A stretch of DNA of 64,000 nt from Blepharisma stoltei ATCC 30299 (Eukaryota; Protista; Ciliophora). The notes below the pieces were generated by a model. The model did not search any database. It saw nothing but the letters and a program-made list of their open reading frames with translations, and was not told the DNA's origin. The position numbers and the translations under genes were made by a program. Positions 58,759 through 64,000 of the stretch are shown piece by piece. The first letter of the stretch is position 1. Each line of letters begins with the position of its first letter. The stretch lies in assembly GCA_965603825.1 (NCBI GenBank), contig CBFDEM010000028.1, positions 186,001 to 250,000 of the forward strand, in the 5' to 3' direction.

Positions 58759-60588
58759 ATGAAAGATGATATAAGAGTCCTTGTACTTGGAGATGGTAAT
58801 TTATAATTAGAAAAGGTTGGGAAAACTTCCATAATAAAAGCTCTAATAAGTGATCAACTTCCTCTTGAAATTCCTGCTGTTCACCCTCCTGTCAAGTTCC
58901 CAAAAGAGTATTGTCTTGATAATTGTTCAGTCACAGTCGTAGACAGCCTCTATAGAAGAGATCAGGAAACAGACGATACTCTCATAGAAGAAATTTCCAA
59001 AGCCAATTCAATCCTCCTTGTATATGATGTCACAATGACTGATACTATTGATCGATTAGGCTCTTTTTGGATGGATTTTATATCAAATCATAGTGATGCC
59101 CCAATTATCTTAGTAGGAAATAAAGCAGACTTGAAAACTGACCAAAGCACAGCTGAACAATTTGAAGACATTATGAGACCTCTCGCAAAAGACTATAAAC
59201 AATGCACTATAAGTATAGAAGTATCAGCAAAAACGTTAGTCAGCTTGCATGATTTATTTTTATGTGCTCAAAGAGTGGTGCTTTATCCTACGTCTCCTTT
59301 GTATGAATCAGTGTCAAGACAGCTAACTCCAGAGTTTGAGAGAGCTCTTGGCTTGATTTTTAGAAGATGTGACAAGGACCAGGATTTTTATTTGAACGAT
59401 TATGAGCTTGCCAATATGCACTCAGAAGTATTTCAAAATCATCTCATACAGAATGATATGGACCATATCAAAGAGGTTGTTAGGGAAAAATGTGGAGAGG
59501 GAGTTACTGATAAAGGCATGAATTTCCATGGCTTTCTCCATCTTCAGAAAATGCTAATCCAAAGACTGAAACTCAATGTTTGCTGAACACTTTTAAGGTA
59601 TTTTGGATTCAATGACAAACTGGAGCTGGAAATTAACTTTACTATCACGAAAAAGCCTACAGAGTCCATAGAACTCAGCAGGAACTCAATAAACTTTTTA
59701 ATAGCAGTTTTCAAACAATATGCTAGGAACGACTTATTGACTTATGAAGACTTGTTATCAATTTTCTCTACATTAGAGTGCCCACCATGGGCTCCAACAA
59801 GAATAGATGAGCAAGCTTGGCTTAGCATTGAAAGATTTGTGGCGATGACTCCTGATTTTTGTGTCACTTTGTCGTCTTGGCTGGCATTATGGCACATGCT
59901 TACACTTCTTGACTATGAAAATTCATTAAAATATCTAGTCCATATTGGTTTTTCTTATAATTATGAAGATGCTTTTATTGTTACTAAAGAAAGAGACGTC
60001 ACCGATTTTTCACAAAGAAGAGTTTTCTGTGGATTTGTGTTAGGAGAAACAGGGGTTGGAAAAACTTCACTATTAAATTCATTATTAGAAAAAGAGTTTA
60101 ACCCAAATCAAATGCCTAGCACTCTTCCGAATATGGTTTCTAGAATCATTGAGGACACATCAAGCCAATTATTAGAAAGCAAATGCTTGGTACTGATTGA
60201 ATATCCCACTGTTGCGTTAGAAGAAATGAAAAATAACCTTGATTTATGTGACGTCGCTATAATTCTACAAGATGGGACTAGAGAAAGCCAAGAATTCATA
60301 GCAAATGAGCTTTTGTTGCCAGAACTTTTACCAAGAATTAGAGTGAATACTAAATCTGATTACCCTATGAAGTTGACGATTGATTTATCAAAAGAACGGC
60401 CTGTCGGACTATTTACTGAGATTGTAAATATCGCAATAAAGCCTATGAATGGGCTAGAAGATCATGTGAGGCGAGAGATTAAGAAAAGTATGCAGGAAAA
60501 AAGAATGTCAGCAGCGTTAAAAATTGGAATCGTGGTAGCTGTTTTTGTGAGTGGAATCGCAATTATGAGGAAATATTTCCCTAGGTAA
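58759..60588 (+). CDS. RHOT: Mitochondrial Rho GTPase Miro/Gem1; 1 intron, 1 TGA=Trp
   Basis: After splicing: MKDDIRVLVLGD|EKVGKTS; PIILVGNKAD, EVSAK, AQRVVLYPTSPLY, EF-hand DKDQDFYLNDYEL, C[W]TLLRYFGF, second GTPase GETGVGKTSLL, C-terminal TM anchor. Confidence 0.93.
58796..58810 (+). other. 15-nt intron GTAATTTATAATTAG
   Basis: Phase 1 with an in-frame TAA. Removal restores the P-loop GxxxxGKT spacing (GDEKVGKT). Confidence 0.9.
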
Positions 60589-62316
60589 TTATTTTTTAAA
60601 ATTAGCATTAAGCTTTATTAGCAGTTGAGCTAAATCGGTCCGGTTATCTTTGATAGCATGAGATAGAGCTGAGTGGCCTGAGCTGTCTTTTTCATCAATG
60701 TCGATCCCTTTGGATATTAAAAATTTTAATAAATCTTCTCTTTTTGAGTACGACCTGAATACTTTGGAAAAATTTAAAAGTTGGATTTCTGCTCCCAATT
60801 CCATCATTTTTTCTATCATAGGTATTGAAGGTAATGCAAATCATAAAGGTGGATATCCATTGATATTATAATTAATGGCTTCAATGAACTCATTTTCTGG
60901 GGTGTTCTCATGAAGAAACTCAAGAACTTCAATATTTTTATTATGGGCAGCTAGATGTAAAATTGGAAAATCGTTGCATGTCTCTTTTAGGTCAATTTTT
61001 AAAGTCGATTTTTTCTTGACGTACCATAATAGATTTAGTGAGTTAAATTTTACAGCAATATATGGGACTGATGGAGGACCTTTAAATTTGTTGATAAAAA
61101 TATCCAGAGAGCTCTCTGGTGAGCATATCAGGCATCTCTGTGTAATTAAAGCTCCATTTCCAATCAACAATTTTGCATCATCAATTTGATTCGATTTCAA
61201 AGAATATTCAAGTAGCGAAAATTTTTCTGAATTTGAGATATTAACATTTCCTCCTTCTTTGATATAAATTGATAGCAAATCAATATCACCGATGCACTCA
61301 AATCCAATTAGTCCTTTTTCCACTCCAGATTTCAGCAATATTTCAAAAGTTTTTAAATAATTTTTTTCATCTATTTTTTCTACATGATCTATTGGCAAAT
61401 TTATACTTTCCCCTTTTTTGCCATTAACAGTTACTGTCAATACATCATCTCCATAGTCTGTATGCTTGCTCATAATAGAGTTATTATCAGTTTCTAGCCC
61501 GTGGTAGCTCTTTTCAGCCCCTCTTCTAATTAGCTCGTCAACGATTTTTCAGTACCCTTTTGAAGCAGCAATATGCAAAGGCGGGATTTCTTTTGAATAT
61601 TTTTTGATCGCTCCATTTAAATATTTAATCCCTTCTTCAATAATAATGCGCTCAACAATAAAGCCTCTATTAATATCAATATCAGTTTTATTTAAAAGCT
61701 CTTTAGCAATTTCACAAGATCCGCTTGCACATGCAATACACAGAATTGTAATAGAAGCCTGCTCTTGGCCTTTTTTTGACTCTAAATTAAAATAATTTTC
61801 TCCATACGATAAATTTTGCCCCAGCAAATTTTGTAAACTTTTAAAATCCCCCTGTACGACTGCATCAAAAATTTTGGACCTCATTGGAAAATCCTCGTCT
61901 AACCCTCTTCCTGTTAATAGCCAATTAGGAGTATAGACTCTGCTATAAGCATTACTGACCATACTAGCGCTTGCACTTAAAAAAGGTGTGCCTTCTCCTT
62001 CATAAGGTATAGGAGACATAATATCATAAAGTTTTTCATCAGTGAGCTCTTCTCTAGTAATTGTATCTATGCTTGTTTTTAATGATTGGACAGCTTCAGT
62101 TTCAAAACTCGGAATATGTTTGTGGATTGGACTGTCTGGAGATGGAGGATAAAGGATTAAAAAAAATTTTCTGCAGACCAAAGAAAATTGATATTGCTCT
62201 ATTGGCGTTAAATAAGGAATTATCAAATCTCAACTGGAAAATGAAGAAGCTGATATTTTTTCTTCAGAAAGCATGGGAGGATAGGCGATTATAGAAGAGC
62301 TCCTGCAGCATCCCAT
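60589..62316 (-). CDS. Ankyrin-repeat protein with N-terminal MGCC acylation signal and F-box-like motif (3 TGA=Trp)
   Basis: One frame from ATG 62316 through TGA 62230, 61549 and 60841. Motifs: [W]DLIIPYLTPIEQYQFSLVCRKF; ankyrin PPLHIAASKGY, PILHLAAHN, GHSALSHAI..LAQLLIKLNAN. Confidence 0.82.
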
Positions 62317-62359
62317 AAGTTTAATATTTGAAAGATTGAAATCAAAATGAATAGTTATT

Positions 62360-63127
62360 ATGTCAAAGGAAGCACCTGTTAAACTAATTTCAGCGAAAAA
62401 GGAATATGTAAGAAACATGACGCCAGGGAAACTTACAAATTTAAACCAAATCCAGCCAAGCCATAATAATAGCAATGAATGCTTGCCACATCCAAGCATT
62501 TTGGTTGGGACTAAAAGGATTTACCCTTTAAACTTCAAAGTCCCTCAGGATAGAAAGTTAGAATATTTCCATCGCCGTTACAAATCGTATGAAGAAGCTC
62601 CAGAGTTTATGCATGAATATATGATGAATCCACTTAAGCCTCAGTTTGAAGCTAAAAGTGCTTTAAACGTCAATTACTCTTCGAGGCAATCTATTTGTAA
62701 TAAACTTCATCATCATGAAAGATCTCAATCAACTGAACCGAGGATGAACCACCCTATAAGTCTGAAAGTGAAAGATTTTCAATATTCAAACAAAAATTCT
62801 GACAATTCTTGTTATCCAAGTAAGAGTTTTTATAAACCTCATGTAATTTATATTACACCGAGGTCAAAGATTACTTTGTACTCTTCTTTTCCAATTAACT
62901 TGAAGCCTGATCAAGCTAAGCCTCAGAATCTCTCACAAATGAGGACTAGAAACAGCAGCAAGTATTCTTTTCAAGATCGACCTGGATCAATTATGATGAC
63001 TCAACAAAAAGCGGCTCAGCCTGAAATCTTTCCAATAACTAAGCCTGCCTTAACATTTGGAGAAAAGATTCTAAGATTAAAAGAGCTTGTGATCGACCCA
63101 GTTGTAAAAGAGCAATCATTAATCTAA
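62360..63127 (+). CDS. Hypothetical protein
   Basis: 255-aa ATG-TAA ORF; no motif recognised. Confidence 0.6.
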   Translation: MSKEAPVKLISAKKEYVRNMTPGKLTNLNQIQPSHNNSNECLPHPSILVGTKRIYPLNFKVPQDRKLEYFHRRYKSYEEAPEFMHEYMMNPLKPQFEAKSALNVNYSSRQSICNKLHHHERSQSTEPRMNHPISLKVKDFQYSNKNSDNSCYPSKSFYKPHVIYITPRSKITLYSSFPINLKPDQAKPQNLSQMRTRNSSKYSFQDRPGSIMMTQQKAAQPEIFPITKPALTFGEKILRLKELVIDPVVKEQSLI

Positions 63128-63188
63128 AATTTATTATTTTAGGTATTAATTTGTATCAAAATTAATTTGCTAGCAAATTATATAATAA

Positions 63189-63914
63189 TTATTCAGTATT
63201 CCAGAGATGCAAGTTGTCTCTTATATATTCCAATATAAGAGCGCTATCTTTAAAAGACTCTTCATTGAAATCTACAATATACTCATTTGCTTCTTCAAGA
63301 ACACTGCTGGCAAGCTTGCAGGCCTCTTCTTTGTTTTGCAAAATTTCATAATAAAAGACTGAGAAATTCAGTTTCAGTCCAAGTCGGATTGGGTTCAGCG
63401 AAATTAGCTCAATCTGTGAAAGCCTATCAGCTTCTAAATACGCTCTAAGTGCTTTTTGAGAGTTTTCTTCTTTTTGTTCGTCTGTCATAAACTCGCACAA
63501 GTATCTGTGATAGTCACCTTTCATTTTAAAATAAAAAACAAGCGCTTCTCCAGAGGAAGAATTTGGGATTAATTTTGTGTCGAGAATTTCTAATATTTGT
63601 CGGCAATATCCATGTATTTCTTTTTCTACTTTTTTTCGGTAAATTGCTGCTATATCCATTTGATGGGCATGAGAAGAGTCTTTTTCCACCGACTCAATTG
63701 ATTGAAGGACTCTAAACGATGATCTCCGAGCAGAAACTACATTTTTATATGCAACTGATAGCATACTTCGTTCTTCTACTGATAGTTCTCTTGCAAGTTT
63801 TTTTGTGAATTCATAAAGAAGTTCTGCCATCTCGTCATGGCGGCCGGCTTGCTCTGAGACTCGGGCTAAATAAAGTAAAGTTTCACAGTCAAGTGATTTT
63901 TTATTAATTGACAT
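63189..63914 (-). CDS. 14-3-3 protein (divergent paralog)
   Basis: LARVSEQAGRHDEM, LSVEERSMLSVAYKNVV.ARRSS, KMKGDYHRY, NPIRLGL.LNFSVFYYEI, RDNL.LW. Confidence 0.96.
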   Translation of the reverse strand: MSINKKSLDCETLLYLARVSEQAGRHDEMAELLYEFTKKLARELSVEERSMLSVAYKNVVSARRSSFRVLQSIESVEKDSSHAHQMDIAAIYRKKVEKEIHGYCRQILEILDTKLIPNSSSGEALVFYFKMKGDYHRYLCEFMTDEQKEENSQKALRAYLEADRLSQIELISLNPIRLGLKLNFSVFYYEILQNKEEACKLASSVLEEANEYIVDFNEESFKDSALILEYIRDNLHLWNTE

Positions 63915-64000
63915 TATAATTAAATATTTAAAAATACAACATAGGAAAAAATAACCAATTCAATTTTAATAGCAGTTTGAATAGGAGCTGGCAACTCTTG

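Noticed and set aside
1903-62316. Many genes broken by TGA could be read as pseudogenes or sequencing errors
   Set aside because: The breaks are always in-frame TGA, often at conserved Trp, with no frameshifts. The remaining TAA/TAG breaks all lie inside 15-nt GT-AG introns.
43850-62316. Four predicted N-acylated proteins (formin, AGC kinase, glutaredoxin, F-box/ankyrin) near a DHHC enzyme as a functional cluster
   Set aside because: They are interspersed with unrelated housekeeping genes, and MG starts are common. There is no evidence beyond chance.
438-62499. Numerous short antisense ORFs rich in F/S/L/I (e.g. 5250-5543, 15468-15845, 34482-34829, 42588-43001)
   Set aside because: They are reverse-complement shadows of K/E-rich coding strands.

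Overview
AT-rich, very gene-dense eukaryotic DNA with about 37 protein-coding genes and gaps of mostly 0-600 nt. It is best explained as a heterotrich ciliate macronuclear chromosome, most likely Blepharisma or a relative (inference). Two features explain why the supplied ORF track is fragmented. First, in-frame TGA is read as Trp: I count about 42 in-frame TGAs in 18 genes, several at invariant Trp positions such as Rab KLQI[W]DTAGQ and NADSYN1 PAC[W]LWDYL. TAA and TAG remain the stops. Second, there are nine 15-nt GT-AG introns with consensus GTAnnnnnTAnnTAG. After recoding and splicing, the recognisable genes are SF-assemblin, ATP11, a 2066-aa PZP/PHD/PLU-1-like/TFIIS-M/SPOC chromatin protein, an ABCC transporter, RPN7, a bacterial-like aldose 1-epimerase, CPSF3, NADSYN1, RPS27, a DYRK kinase, a trichocyst/granule-lattice-like protein, VPS35L, ATAD3, a MIF4G protein, a formin with a very long FH1, an ANP32-like protein, an AGC kinase, a C1orf131-like protein, a DHHC acyltransferase, a SAM-cyclin fusion, UBA1, glutaredoxin, a Rab8-like GTPase, a KCR-type SDR, Miro, an acylated F-box/ankyrin protein and 14-3-3. 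Several coiled-coil hypothetical genes lie between them. I saw no tRNA, rRNA, transposon, telomere or CRISPR. UGA=Trp and tiny introns are already known in heterotrichs, so the least-described items here are the unusual domain architectures, the uneven use of UGA between genes, and the zero-gap convergent gene pair.
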